DNA from: Nemertoderma westbladi
Lineage: Eukaryota; Animalia; Xenacoelomorpha
Reading direction: 5' to 3'
Length of the DNA stretch: 47,864 nucleotides
Assembly: GCA_032718475.1 (NCBI GenBank)
Contig: JAUCBJ010000296.1
Span: 1 to 47,864, forward strand
Both the position numbers and the translations under genes were made by a program. Under the pieces are notes generated by a model that did not search any database, was not told where the DNA came from, and was given only the letters and a program-made list of their open reading frames with translations. Shown here piece by piece: positions 22,016 to 34,597 of this stretch (positions are counted from its first letter, which is position 1; each line of letters starts with the position of its first letter).

Positions 22016-22971
22016 CTAAACGCATTCAATTATTATAGCCGAATTTGTGAACGTTTTATGAATTAGGGCAGAACCTAATTATTCGAAACAGAATACTATA
22101 AATATTAAAATAATATACTATATAAAATAATATGATAATAAAATAAAATACTATATATTAAAATAATATATAAACATTATTGGGATGCGCCGAATTATTA
22201 TGGGAAATCATTATGGGCTATCTATCCCCCCCCCCCCCCCCCCCCCTCCATATAGGCCAAATGGTGAAAACATAGTTGTGCATTTTTTGGTTGAAGTATA
22301 CCCGGTGCTCTACGACATCAAATTCACCACAATCGCGATCATCGATAAAGACGTTTTGCCACTAGACACACTTCTTTATTGGGGGTAGGTGAGACTAAAA
22401 CTGTAAAAAAGTTAATATTTCTGAAGTGCTTGCTTTATTTATCAAATTATTGTAACATGTTTTGCTATGTTATCGGAATGTGCTTCATTAGTTCGTTCTC
22501 ATTGTAGGATTTATAGTGGTGCTATGGGACTCATTTTGGTCTCATTGGTTGGCCGATTTAGTTAGGTCGACAATCATATTTTAAGACGAACATCATGAGC
22601 CCCCCCCCCCCCCCCCCCCCCCTTCCCAGGTTAATAAACTTCTTCGGGTTTTCGAAGGGATGGTACTTCACCATCCCTGGGACCTCCATGTTCGCTGTTA
22701 TCCGCCTCCTACTGCGTTTTGTTGGGCGCAGTGGGATGCTGTGCATTGGCACAGTGGGATGTAGCAGTTGGAGGTGGCGCAGTGGGATGTAGCTGATCTC
22801 CAATAAACTATTGCTTAATAAGGCAGCCTAGGACATGACTTATTTGTTGTTGTGTTCTACCTACTGGAAATGGGATGAAGTATTATTTGAATGAACAGTG
22901 ATATAAAGAGCACAAGAAATTTTCTATTATGTAAATATCCACATAATATTTACCAACATTGGTTTTAAACA

Positions 22972-25900
22972 CAACAACAACTCACCTCGGCTGCTCTCCT
23001 ATCCACTACAACAACTCACCTCGGCTGCTGTCCTATCCACTACAACAACTCACCTCGGCTGCTCTCCTATCCACTACAACAACTCACCTCGACTGCTCTC
23101 CTATCCACTACAACAACCCACCTCGGCTGCTCTCCTACCCACTACAACAACTCACCTCGGCTGCTCTCCTATCCACTACAACAACTCACCTCGGCTGCTC
23201 TCCTATCCACTACAACAACTCACCTCGGCTGCTCTCCTATCCACTACAACAACTCACCTCGGCTGCTCTCCTATCCACTACAACAACTCACCTCGGCTGC
23301 TCTCCTATCCACTACAACAACTCACCTCGGCTGCTCTCCTATCCACTACAACAACTCACCTCGGCTGCTCTCCTATCCACTACAACAACTCACCTCGGCT
23401 GCTCTCCTATCCACTACAACAAATCACCTCGGCTGCTCTCCTATCCTCGGTTACAACAACTCACCTCGGCTGCTCTCCTATCCACTACAACAACTCACCT
23501 CGGCTGCTCTCCTACCCAATAAAACAACTCACCTCGGCTGCTCTCCCACCCACTACAACAACTCACCTCGGCTGCTCTCCTATCCTCGGTTACAACAACT
23601 CACCTCGGCTGCTCTCCGATCCACTACAACAACTCACCTCGGCTGCTCTCCTATCCACTACAACAACTCACCTCGGCTGCTCTCCTACCCACCACAACAA
23701 CCCACCTCGGCTGCTCTCCTACCCTCGGTTACAACAACTCACCTCGGCTGCTCTCCTATCCACTACAACAACTCACCTCGGCTGCTCTCCTATCCACTAC
23801 AACAACTCACCCCGGCTGCTCTCCTATCCACTACAACAACTCACCTCGGCTGCTCTCCTATCCACTACAACAACTCACCTCGGCTGCTCTCCTATCCACT
23901 ACAACAACTCACCTCGGCTGCTCTCCTACCCTCGGTTACAACAACTCACCTCGGCTGCTCTCCTATCCACTACAACAACTCACCTCGGCTGCTCTCCTAT
24001 CCACTACAACAACTCACCTCGGCTGCTCTCCTATCCACTACAACAACTCACCTCGGCTGCTCTCCTACCCTCGGTTACAACAACTCACCTCGGCTGCTCT
24101 CCTATCCACTACAACAACTCACCTCGGCTGCTCTCCTATCCACTACAACAACTCACCTCGGCTGCTCTCCTATCCACTACAACAACTCACCTCGGCTGCT
24201 CTCCTATCCACTACAACAACTCACCTCGGCTGCTCTCCTATCCACTACAACAACTCACCTCGGCTGCTCTCCTATCCACTACAACAACTCACCTCGGCTG
24301 CTCTCCTATCCACTACAACAACTCACCTCGGCTGCTCTCCTATCCACTACAACAACTCACCTCGGCTGCTCTCCTATCCACTACAACAACTCACCTCGGC
24401 TGCTCTCCTATCCACTACAACAACTCACCTCGGCTGCTCTCCTATCCACTACAACAACTCACCTCGGCTGCTCTCCTATCCACTACAACAACTCACCTCG
24501 GCTGCTCTCCTATCCACTACAACAACTCACCTCGGCTGCTCTCCTATCCACTACAACAACTCACCTCGGCTGCTCTCCTATCCACTACAACAACTCACCT
24601 CGGCTGCTCTCCTATCCACTACAACAACTCACCTCGGCTGCTCTCCTATCCACTACAACAACTCACCTCGGCTGCTCTCCTATCCACTACAACAACTCAC
24701 CTCGGCTGCTCTCCTATCCACTACAACAACTCACCTCGGCTGCTCTCCTATCCACTACAACAACTCACCTCGGCTGCTCTCCTATCCACTACAACAACTC
24801 ACCTCGGCTGCTCTCCTATCCACTACAACAACTCACCTCGGCTGCTCTCCTATCCTCGGTTACAACAACTCACCTCGGCTGCTCTCCTATCCACTACAAC
24901 AACTCACCTCGGCTGCTCTCCTATCCACTACAACAACTCACCTCGGCTGCTCTCCTATCCACTACAACAACTCACCTCGGCTGCTCTCCTACCCACTACA
25001 ACAACTCACCTCGGCTGCTCTCCTATCCACTACAACAACTCACCTCGGCTGCTCTCCTATCCACTACAACAACTCACCTCGGCTGCTCTCCTATCCACTA
25101 CAACAACTCACCTCGGCTGCTCTCCTATCCACTACAACAACTCACCTCGGCTGCTCTCCTATCCACTACAACAACTCACCTCGGCTGCTCTCCTATCCAC
25201 TACAACAACTCACCTCGGCTGCTCTCCTATCCACTACAACAACTCACCTCGGCTGCTCTCCTACCCTCGGTTACAACAACTCACCTCGGCTGCTCTCCTA
25301 TCCACTACAACAACTCACCTCGGCTGCTCTCCTATCCACTACAACAACTCACCTCGGCTGCTCTCCTATCCACTACAACAACTCACCTCGGCTGCTCTCC
25401 TATCCACTACAACAACTCACCTCGGCTGCTCTCCTATCCACTACAACAACTCACCTCGGCTGCTCTCCTATCCACTACAACAACTCACCTCGGCTGCTCT
25501 CCTATCCACTACAACAACTCACCTCGGCTGCTCTCCTACCCACTACAACAACTCACCTCGGCTGCTCTCCTATCCACTACAACAACTCACCTCGGCTGCT
25601 CTCCTACCCTCGGTTACAACAACTCACCTCGGCTGCTCTCCTATCCACTACAACAACTCACCTCGGCTGCTCTCCTACCCACTACAACAACTCACCTCGG
25701 CTGCTCTCCTATCCACTACAACAACTCACCTCGGCTGCTCTCCTATCCTCGGTTACAACAACTCACCTCGGCTGCTCTCCTATCCACTACAACAACTCAC
25801 CTCGGCTGCTCTCCTATCCACTACAACAACTCACCTCGGCTGCTCTCCTATCCACTACAACAACTCACCTCGGCTGCTCTCCTATCCACTACAACAACTC

Positions 25901-26964
25901 ACCTCGGCTGCTCTCCTATCCACTACAACAACTCACCTCGGCTGCTCTCCTATCCACTACAACAACTCACCTCGGCTGCTCTCCTACCCTCGGTTACAAC
26001 AACTCACCTCGGCTGCTCTCCTATCCACTACAACAACTCACCTCGGCTGCTCTCCTATCCACTACAACAACTCACCTCGGCTGCTCTCCTATCCACTACA
26101 ACAACTCACCTCGGCTGCTCTCCTATCCTCGGTTACAACAACTCACCTCGGCTGCTCTCCTATCCACTACAACAACTCACCTCGGCTGCTCTCCTATCCA
26201 CTACAACAACTCACCTCGGCTGCTCTCCTATCCACTACAACAACTCACCTCGGCTGCTCTCCTATCCACTACAACAACTCACCTCGGCTGCTCTCCTATC
26301 CACTACAACAACTCACCTCGGCTGCTCTCCTATCCACTACAACAACTCACCTCGGCTGCTCTCCTATCCACTACAACAACTCACCTCGGCTGCTCTCCTA
26401 TCCACTACAACAACTCACCTCGGCTGCTCTCCTATCCACTACAACAACTCACCTCGGCTGCTCTCCTATCCACTACAACAACTCACCTCGGCTGCTCTCC
26501 TATCCACTACAACAACTCACCTCGGCTGCTCTCCTATCCACTATAACAACTCACCTCGGCTGCTCTCCTATCCACTACAACAACTCACCTCGGCTGCTCT
26601 CCTATCCTCGGTTACAACAACTCACCTCGGCTGCTCTCCTATCCACTACAACAACTCACCTCGGCTGCTCTCCTATCCACTACAACAACTCACCTCGGCT
26701 GCTCTCCTATCCTCGGTTACAACAACTCACCTCGGCTGCTCTCCTATCCTCGGTTACAACAACTCACCTCGGCTGCTCTCCTATCCACTACAACAACTCA
26801 CCTCGGCTGCTCTCCTATCCACTACAACAACTCACCTCGGCTGCTCTCCTATCCTCGGTTACAACAACTCACCTCGGCTGCTCTCCTATCCTCGGTTACA
26901 ACAACTCACCTCGGCTGCTCTCCTATCCACTACAACAACTCACCTCGGCTGCTCTCCTATCCAC
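22972..26964 (-). repeat. ~4-kb 34-bp tandem array (with interspersed 37-bp variants) made of the EHBP1 exon-3/intron-3 junction
   Basis: Minus-strand unit TGGATAGGAGAGCAGCCGAG|GTGAGTTGTTGTAG, i.e. the last 20 exon nt plus the first 14 intron nt; about 115 copies by length. Confidence 0.97.
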
Positions 26965-27216
26965 GGTTATCTGCTCTGTCTGTAACGCACACATCTCAGC
27001 CTTTACGTATTCGCTGGTCTCCATAGTTTTGGATTTCCTTCTCGCCAGCTCGTCGTGGTGTGGCGGCGACAACGACGAGGACAAGCGGCCGCTGGACGAG
27101 GAACGACGGCTATCGTTACTACGACGACTATCGCTGCTACGACGTTTACTGCTACCAGATTGTCTGTCGGTGGAAGAATGTTTGTTCTTAGACGAAGCGA
27201 GAACATCAGTGAACGA
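26944..27216 (-). CDS. EHBP1: EHBP1 exon 3 (SFTDVLASS...TSEYVKAEMCALQTEQITVDRRAAE)
   Basis: TTTTTTTCTAG| acceptor, GAG|GTGAGT donor, 273 nt, phase 0-0. The end matches the start of the EHBP1 bMERB region (TSxYV..E..AL..EQ..ID.RAA). Confidence 0.88.
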
Positions 27217-27445
27217 CTAGAAAAAAATTAAGAAATCGATGGAGAAACATGAAAACGTTGTTTCAATAAATAAATTTAAACAATATAAAAATAATCATCA
27301 ATGGTATAAAATTTAATGAGAACAGACGGACCATTTACCATTAAATTACGGTATATAACTTATCTTTAATAATGAAATTAATTGCTTTTGTAAGAATTTA
27401 TAAGAAAGAGAAATCGAAAGTTAATTAATTAAATTAATTGGTTAC

Positions 27446-28603
27446 CTTCAAAGACGTTCTCCTGGGAACTTTAATTTGCCCGGTTGCGGTTTTAGTGAAA
27501 GTACCATTGAAGACGCGCTGTTCTTGGGGCGAGCCATGCAGCCCGTTAACAGCGTTGCGACTGGGGGAAGTGCGTTGGGGCGAGCCATCAAGCGTGGGAT
27601 CCGTAATACCCCGTTTCGCATTCTCAATGAGTTGTTTAGCTCTATCCCTCAACTCCCTGTGTCTCCCCTCCTCCCCCTCCTGCTGCTCCCCTACTCCCTT
27701 TCTCGCTCCCCTCCTCGCCGCAACCTCGCGTCTCGCCTGCTCCAACAACTCTTTCGCTCGCGACTTCCGCTCGGCATCTTTCGAACGAACCGGCGGGATC
27801 CCATTCGCGTCGCCCAACAACTCGCTGGCCGACTTTAAGTTACTCCGCGTTTTCCGCTTTGTATTCCCCAGGGTTGCCCCCTCGCTGTCCCCCACTGCCC
27901 CCTCGCTGTCCCCCAATGCCCCCTCGCCGTCCCCCACTGCCCCCTCGCTGCCCCCCACTACTCCTCCTTCCAGGGGACCTATCGCGTCGTCTCCAGCAGA
28001 CCCCTGCGCCTCCCTACCATCCAGAGAATCCTCTAAAGGCCCCAATCGGAGTTTAGTTTTCGGCGCGTTCGGCGCAGAAAGAACCGCAGACAATCTCCGT
28101 TCCGTCGTTCCCTCCTGATCCTCAGCGCGGTTCCCGCCCGTTCCTCTGCGTTCCGCGGCTCCTGTGTCCACGGTTGAGGCTCGCTCCCGCGCGCTTGCAG
28201 ATCGCTCGCGTGCCGTCATCGTCTCCTTCCGGAAGACTTCCGGGGTTACGAGCTGACTGGGGTCGCTCGCGTAATCCCCGATAACGTAGGACCCCCCTAC
28301 TAGGTAGGAGGAGCCCGACTCCTGTAGGACCGAAACGTCCATCGACTGGCCCGTAAAGTAGGTCCGCAACTGGTGGAGGTACGTCATTACGGCGAGTTTA
28401 TCGGGGACCGCTAGCAGCACCATGTCGCCGGGTTCTAGAACGCGGGGTATCCCTAGCGACGCGGCCGCGTCGAAGGCCATACGGCAGTTGCGTTTGATAT
28501 CGTCCGCTTTCAGAGTTTCGTAATCGATGAGGAGGGGTCGGTAATGGTGGATGATTGCGCAGAAAGCCAAACCGTTGCGCCAGGAAGTGGAGAAGTTGGT
28601 GAC
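27446..28603 (-). CDS. EHBP1: EHBP1 exon 2: most of the CH domain plus low-complexity/coiled-coil region
   Basis: GTTTCAG|[23 protein letters not shown]...[30 protein letters not shown]; donor AAG|GTAACC. Confidence 0.92.
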
Positions 28604-29490
28604 CTGAAACGATACGATTTAGGGCCTGAAGCGGTTAATTTTTCCGTCAACCGGTTATATAACCATTTCCAATTAACCGGTTAACGGGTCAAAAAGTAGA
28701 AATGTTTGTTTGTTTTAGGTTGAAAAAGAAGTACGAATTAGGCCTACCTAGACCTACAACCTATGGTGCAATGGCAGGGTGCAACATACATACTACGGTA
28801 TATACTATGAAACTGAAAGTTATATCGCTGACAGACCCCAAACTTAAGCTGCAGTACCGGTATGTGAAGGGCGCCACACTAACTCCCAACGTCGAATACT
28901 CTCGCTATCCAAAGAAAGGCCAAGTTATTGATTGATCCAATAATTTTTCCCATAACAGAGGGTGGGGTGGGGACTGGGGTCCCGTAGGTTGTGACTGCCG
29001 GGGGCCCGAAAATCCATAATCCGTCCCTGGTGAGTGAGTACAAACATTAGAACACTGTAAGTAAGTAGGTAGTTTTATTCAAAATTATTAAAATATTAAC
29101 AAAATTACATAAAAATTTTAATATAAATTAATAAATAATTGTAGGCCCCTATTTGAAACTATTGTTGTTAAATTAGTTTAATATTCTATCTATTATATTT
29201 ATAATTGTATTATAATTGAATATCGATTTTCTATCAATTTTAGAACTCACAAACAATTGGTTAGCCTATATACGGTATTACTGCCAATACCGGTACTTGG
29301 GGTTAATTATTATCTGTAATTGTTTCTCTTGAAGAGATAATGTGAATAATTTTGCACAGCGATGACTACGTGATTACATTAATTAAGTACCGGTATTACT
29401 TTAAGTGAAAATAGTTCGTTATTAACCAGCAAACGGAATACCGTTACCGACAGCGGTTTGCAAATTACTTTACTAGACTGCGGGACTTAC

Positions 29491-30669
29491 CTTAACACCT
29501 CGGTTACCGTATTCCGCGGTCACCTCCTTACACCAGTCGAGGAGGGACTGACTGGAGCGGGTATCGGTACCGGTAGCGGTGGGTTGGGAGGGGGGTGGAG
29601 GGGCCCGACCCTTACCAGCCCCACGGGGTTTCGGTCCCCCGAGCCCGGGAGGTTTAGGGGCCGGACCTTTACCAGACCTTTTTGTAGCAACGCTGTCAAC
29701 AAAGGGGTTTGTCTCGTCTTCGAGTGCGGTGAACTTAGAGAGCAGTTGAGATTCAACGCACCCCGGACTCGGTATTGGAGTCTGCGGTTCAGGATCGGAG
29801 TCGAACAAAAACGGATTAGTTTCAGCCTCGATAACAATCTTATTATTTACTTTCGGTTTCACTAATTTAAATAAAGAAGGTTTAAGTGTAGCGGTGCCGT
29901 CATCCGGATCCGAAAGGTCTTGGTGAGTGATTTCGTACGAATCCGATTCCGGCGGATCCTCTTGGCGAGTCATTTCGTTCCATTCCGACTCCGGATCATC
30001 TTGTCGCGACAGTTTACTCAACTCCTCCGCAACTTTACTAATTCCCAAGGCGGTTTCCACATCTTCGTCAAATTCTTTACTCTCATCCAAATCGCCTTCA
30101 AGCTCCGACAAGTTGCCGACATCCTCGTTTCGACAATCGACCGACATCATACTCGCTATCGACTGCATATCGTCGTCAGTGGCCTTACCTTCACGGATAA
30201 ACGAGGCCGTTAATGAGAAGGTTAGTTTTGCGTTTTTCACTTTGCTTGTCAGCGGTTTGAGCGTTAAATTAACATCGTTCCTCGTCGTTGCCACACCGAT
30301 GTATTCCCCGAGGTTTATTTCCGCGGATGCTAATGGTTTCCGTTTGCCTTTCTTATCTTCATTTTCGATTACAAAATCCCAAACTTTATCTTCATAGAGT
30401 TCCTGTTTAGGATCCCTAAACAACGTCACCAAAATGTCGACGTTTTCCGGTACCGACCACAAGATCATCCCACGGAATGGGTTCGAGATTGTCGGTTGCC
30501 ATGGTTGCGGCTTGCTTTCGTAACGACGCCGACGCCGCTCCCAGACAACCACGAGTTTATTTGGTTGCCACTTCTCGCCGCATTCCAGTACCAATTCGTA
30601 ATAGGAAGCGACAAACTGAAACTTAGCAGCCCTTTTATTTACGCGCTGGAGTCTCTTCCAAACACTCAT
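29491..30669 (-). CDS. EHBP1: EHBP1 exon 1: NT-C2 domain, NPF motifs, start of CH domain
   Basis: MSVWKRLQRVNKRAAKFQFVASY...WQPNKLVVVW...REGKATDDDMQSIASMMS; two ETNPF motifs; SQSLLDWCKEVT; donor AAG|GTAAGT. Confidence 0.95.
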
Positions 30670-30897
30670 TGTATTTAACAGTTTAAATTTGTTAAAATAA
30701 AATAACAGTCTTCTATCGGTAGTACAGTAGGCCTACTACAGTACTACTAGGCAGCTAGGCCTACTACTAATGATTTAATGATAATATGATAATAGGGCAT
30801 CAGGAAGCTATTGCTTATAAAGCCCGTAGGCCTACACACTATAAGTAAAATCAACAGTAAATTATTGCATATTGATAAATATTAAATAACAATAACC

Positions 30898-30952
30898 AGA
30901 TAGGGGGGAAACTGGACGCAATAAAAATTTGCGTCCAGTTTCCACCCTGTCT
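30898..30952. repeat. Short hairpin formed by two fused TIRs of the neighbouring MITE
   Basis: AGATAGGGGGGAAACTGGACGCAA-TAAAAAT-TTGCGTCCAGTTTCCACCCTGTCT. Confidence 0.7.
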
Positions 30953-31186
30953 CATAATAACAGTAACACTACTTTACGTTTATGCAAATCGAATGTATGA
31001 AATTGTACCGTACACATTATAATTAATAATTAAATAATTAAACTGTAAGCTAAATGCACCATCGTGTTAATTAAAAAGGTACGTACGTAGGAGGTAACGG
31101 ACAAATATAATACAATACAATACGTGCAATACAAATATAGTAAAATGTTTGACTGGAATAGAATAAAAAAATTAAGGTTAAAATTC

Positions 31187-31432
31187 AGATAGGGGGGAAA
31201 CTGGACGCAATAAAAATTCATCCCTCTCCAGGGGAAATTCGACGCAAATAACAGCTGATTAATTTCAAAAATAAAACTGAATCCTGTTCTATTGTGCTTC
31301 GTTTATTGTTTTGGTTAAAATAACATGCCACTGTAACCTGTTCCTATCCCTAAATTGAGAATTTAACATTGAAGCGGGATATTAATTCGCCAAGGCGGGT
31401 TTTGCGTCCAGTCCCCCCCCCCCCCCCCAGTC
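31187..31432. mobile_element. MITE with the same TIR as the 30898 hairpin
   Basis: AGATAGGGGGGAAACTGGACGCAA ... TTGCGTCCAGTCCCC..AGTCT; contains the shared ~50-bp module at ~31304-31350. Confidence 0.6.
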
Positions 31433-31649
31433 TCTTAAAATTACCCGTATTAAAATCATTCATATTAATATTAAAATTAATACTGTAGGGCGAAAAAACC
31501 AAAGAACATAGGATATTATTAGAGAATTGAAATAAAAACAAAATAACGAATACCGGTAAGCAAAAAGTAAAAAGATTCAATCTATAAAATCAAACAATTA
31601 AAACTAATAACAATGGCCTAAATAAGATCTACAGTATGTTATAAATTTA

Positions 31650-32830
31650 TATTAAAAGCTATACACTGTCCTGTGTGCTGCAACAAATCAATTTATTGTA
31701 TTTCAATGCTAAAAATATTTAAACATTTACAATGTCTAGCGGCAAACGATTCCGAATCGGCACTGCAAGGTTCGCAAAATAACTTGGTAATTTGTACTAT
31801 ACAATGATTCAAAAATAATTTAAAACCATTGCCACGGGTATTATTACGTGAGGCACTAAAAAATGAATTAAAATCTATCGACACCATTATGCAAAAATTT
31901 TCCTATGAAATATAATTCTACGAACCTCAAGTGGTTGTAAATTTAGAAATTGTAAATCGATTTATAATTTTTACGTGGAAGTCCACAACGTGCATATAGC
32001 CTGCGAGTAAACTAACGCTGCAAACGTTCGACTACGTCAATATTTACCTAGTTAAAAGGAGACCATATACAGTATACAGTAGGTGTACAGTATTCAATTA
32101 GGCTTCCACCTTGGTGTAGTGGTTGCATTGAATTCACATCTCCTGTAGGTCGTGGGTTCGATCCTCACATGGGCCAGGGCAGTTTTCGTTTCGGCACGAA
32201 TGCTCTAAAGGGACCAGCCAGGGCGCATCTCTGCCTTGCATCCTTAAGTGGTAGCTAAATAAGTACTAGAATTTCCTCTGGGGAGTAAAGTACTGGGGGA
32301 ACCGCACTGGAAATAAGTCGTCAGACTTTGTGCGCAATCCCTGGCCTAGTGGCCGAAGAAAATTTACTTTTTTTTACTTACTTTTTCAATCGATTGGTCG
32401 TATGTAACCTTTATATGCTGTTACCCCTAATAAGGCTCTCATATTATTCGTATAAATACAATGAAATATTAGATGTACTATTTTGAGAGCCAGTTGCCTT
32501 CTCCTTACAGTGAATATTAAACTTCAAATTCGAGTAAATAATGACACCGAGATGTTTAAATTTATCATCCGACTTAATTAACATTCCATTTAATCGCGAA
32601 ATCGCGCAAAGGTCCGCGTCTAGTAACACATGAACTGTCTAGAGGTCTCGCTACGCGGACCTAAAAATAATCTACTGTTGCACTGTCTTTCCTGGCACCC
32701 ACATGCTAATTTGAGCTGCCAGATTTTGGTGCAAATTTCTAATCTAAGAATTGCTGAAGCCAAGAGATGGCTGTCTTTACTCCTATAGAACATTTTCAAA
32801 TCGTCGGCGAATAGCAAACAAGGAATATGA
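31650..32830 (-). mobile_element. Decayed CR1-clade LINE fragment, interrupted by a SINE
   Basis: Minus strand LFADDLKMF, KHLGVII..NLKFNIH, YKGYIRPI/IEYC, NTRGNGFKL (CR1 C-terminal TRGH..KL-like); many stops. Confidence 0.75.
32101..32384 (+). mobile_element. tRNA-derived SINE, copy 1
   Basis: A box TGGTGTAGTGG, B box GGTTCGATCC, (TTTTAC)n-like tail; closely similar to the inverted copy at 46470; flanked by TTCAAT. Confidence 0.88.
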
Positions 32831-33899
32831 TGAATTTCGCCTGGGAGGCCGGTATAATGTACTACAAAAAAACGCTGAGGACCGAGTACTGAAAACTTCC
32901 CTGAGGTGTGCCAGAAATGACGTCACAATAAATGGATGACTCATTTCCCACAACCACACGTTGTGTGCGGTTGGAAAGAAATGCCTTAAAGACATAATAA
33001 TAAATTGCCTGAAATATCGTAAGACGACATTATGTAACTACTTGCTATGCACTACAGAATCAAAATGCCTTATTAGCCTGCTCATCATACAGTAGAAAAT
33101 GTCCACTGAATTGCGATTATCAAGCTGCTTGTTCATTTGTAGATTCCAATAGTTGTGTATAGAAAGTTTATCATTTTTTCACTAAAACCATGTTGCAACT
33201 TTGTACTGTAATAATATGGTTTGTCAGCAGATAATTGAGCAATTCAGTTTTTTTTATGATTCCATTGTCTTACAACATTACAAGCAATACAAGTGGGCGA
33301 TATAAAGACGGTACGGGTCCGGGTCATTCAGTGGGGTCTCTCTTTTAAATAAGGTATAATATCAGCTGTGCGCCATACTGTATGTCGGGTAATTTGGTCG
33401 GGGTTTGAAAAATCTGAAGCTATACTGGTTTTCAAGGTCGCTGATCACCATAGAACTCGTAAGAAATCATTAGTGGTAACGCAACGATCGGTTTGGTGTT
33501 GATCTGCTGCCAGGACGAAAAATAAAAAGTAGCATGAAATTTCAAACGGCAAAAATAAAATTTGGGTGGATTACGATACGTAATGTATGTCATATTCGTG
33601 ATCAGCATGCCAAAAAACGCATGTGGTCATAAAATCAAATTGATTTTATTGTGATGTTTCATTATCATATTTGCACTTATTGTTTTTTTTTTTCGAGCCC
33701 CAGGGGCTCATTCAAAATTACCAAAAATGTTATATTTGAGTTCTATAATTGTGATCAGCATCAATAAAAAAGCGCTAAATAATGCAAATAAATTAATTGT
33801 TGAGCCATAATAAGTTTTGAAAATTTATCACGAAAAATACTGGAGATGGTTGCCAGAAAGGGACCACAGCACGAAAATTAACATAGCCATATACGTAGA

Positions 33900-34051
33900 T
33901 GGCGTTTGCTCTGTTGCATATCCCCTTAAGTTTTAGGAAAAGTCACGAAATCTCGGTTTTCCCAACAAACCTATGACTCATATACCCAGATGAATTACAA
34001 AAATTTCTAAAATCCACTCCCCCCCCCCCCCCCCGGGCCATATAGGGTTAA
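33900..34051. mobile_element. Right end of a piggyBac-like non-autonomous element
   Basis: Ends CCCCGGGCCATATAGGG|TTAA; no matching left end found, so the start coordinate is arbitrary. Confidence 0.35.
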
Positions 34052-34597
34052 ATGTCATTATAAATGTATATGGCCTACAGTAGTACCCCTAATGAACACA
34101 TGTATGTATTAAGTTCGTCCATAAGTCTCATAAACGGCACACAGTCACACGTAGTTTGCTATCTTGACTTTATAAATAATAGACAGGCGTACTAAAACAA
34201 ACTCAGAACTATGTTCAATTCTAATTTCACATTATATTTAAATTTTAAAAGCTCCGGCTCTTATTTTGAGGTAATTGAACTGTTTGTATACGTGAATTTT
34301 GATTGTAAATTTATGTTATTGTATGTACTGAATTGTATATATCTTTAGTGAAATATGGATATATTATTATTAGCCATGATTCGGCAACTCAGTAAAATCA
34401 GCACACATAATTTAAAATAAATTATATTAAAATAATAAAGTAGATTGAATTGAAAATAATATTAGTGAAATAAATAAACTGAAACTGATCACGGGCAATT
34501 ATTACATTACCACCAGTACTGGAGTATAGTATAGCCATGAAAGCAGTATATAGGGTCAGTAACAGACTTACGTACAGAAGCAGGCTAACCTCTCAGC

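Noticed and set aside
22959-26964. ORFs in the 34-bp array
   Set aside because: Antisense translation of the repeat; 34-aa periodicity in all frames.
32101-32180. tRNA gene
   Set aside because: A and B boxes are present but no full cloverleaf was evident, and the sequence continues into a SINE body shared with a second copy.
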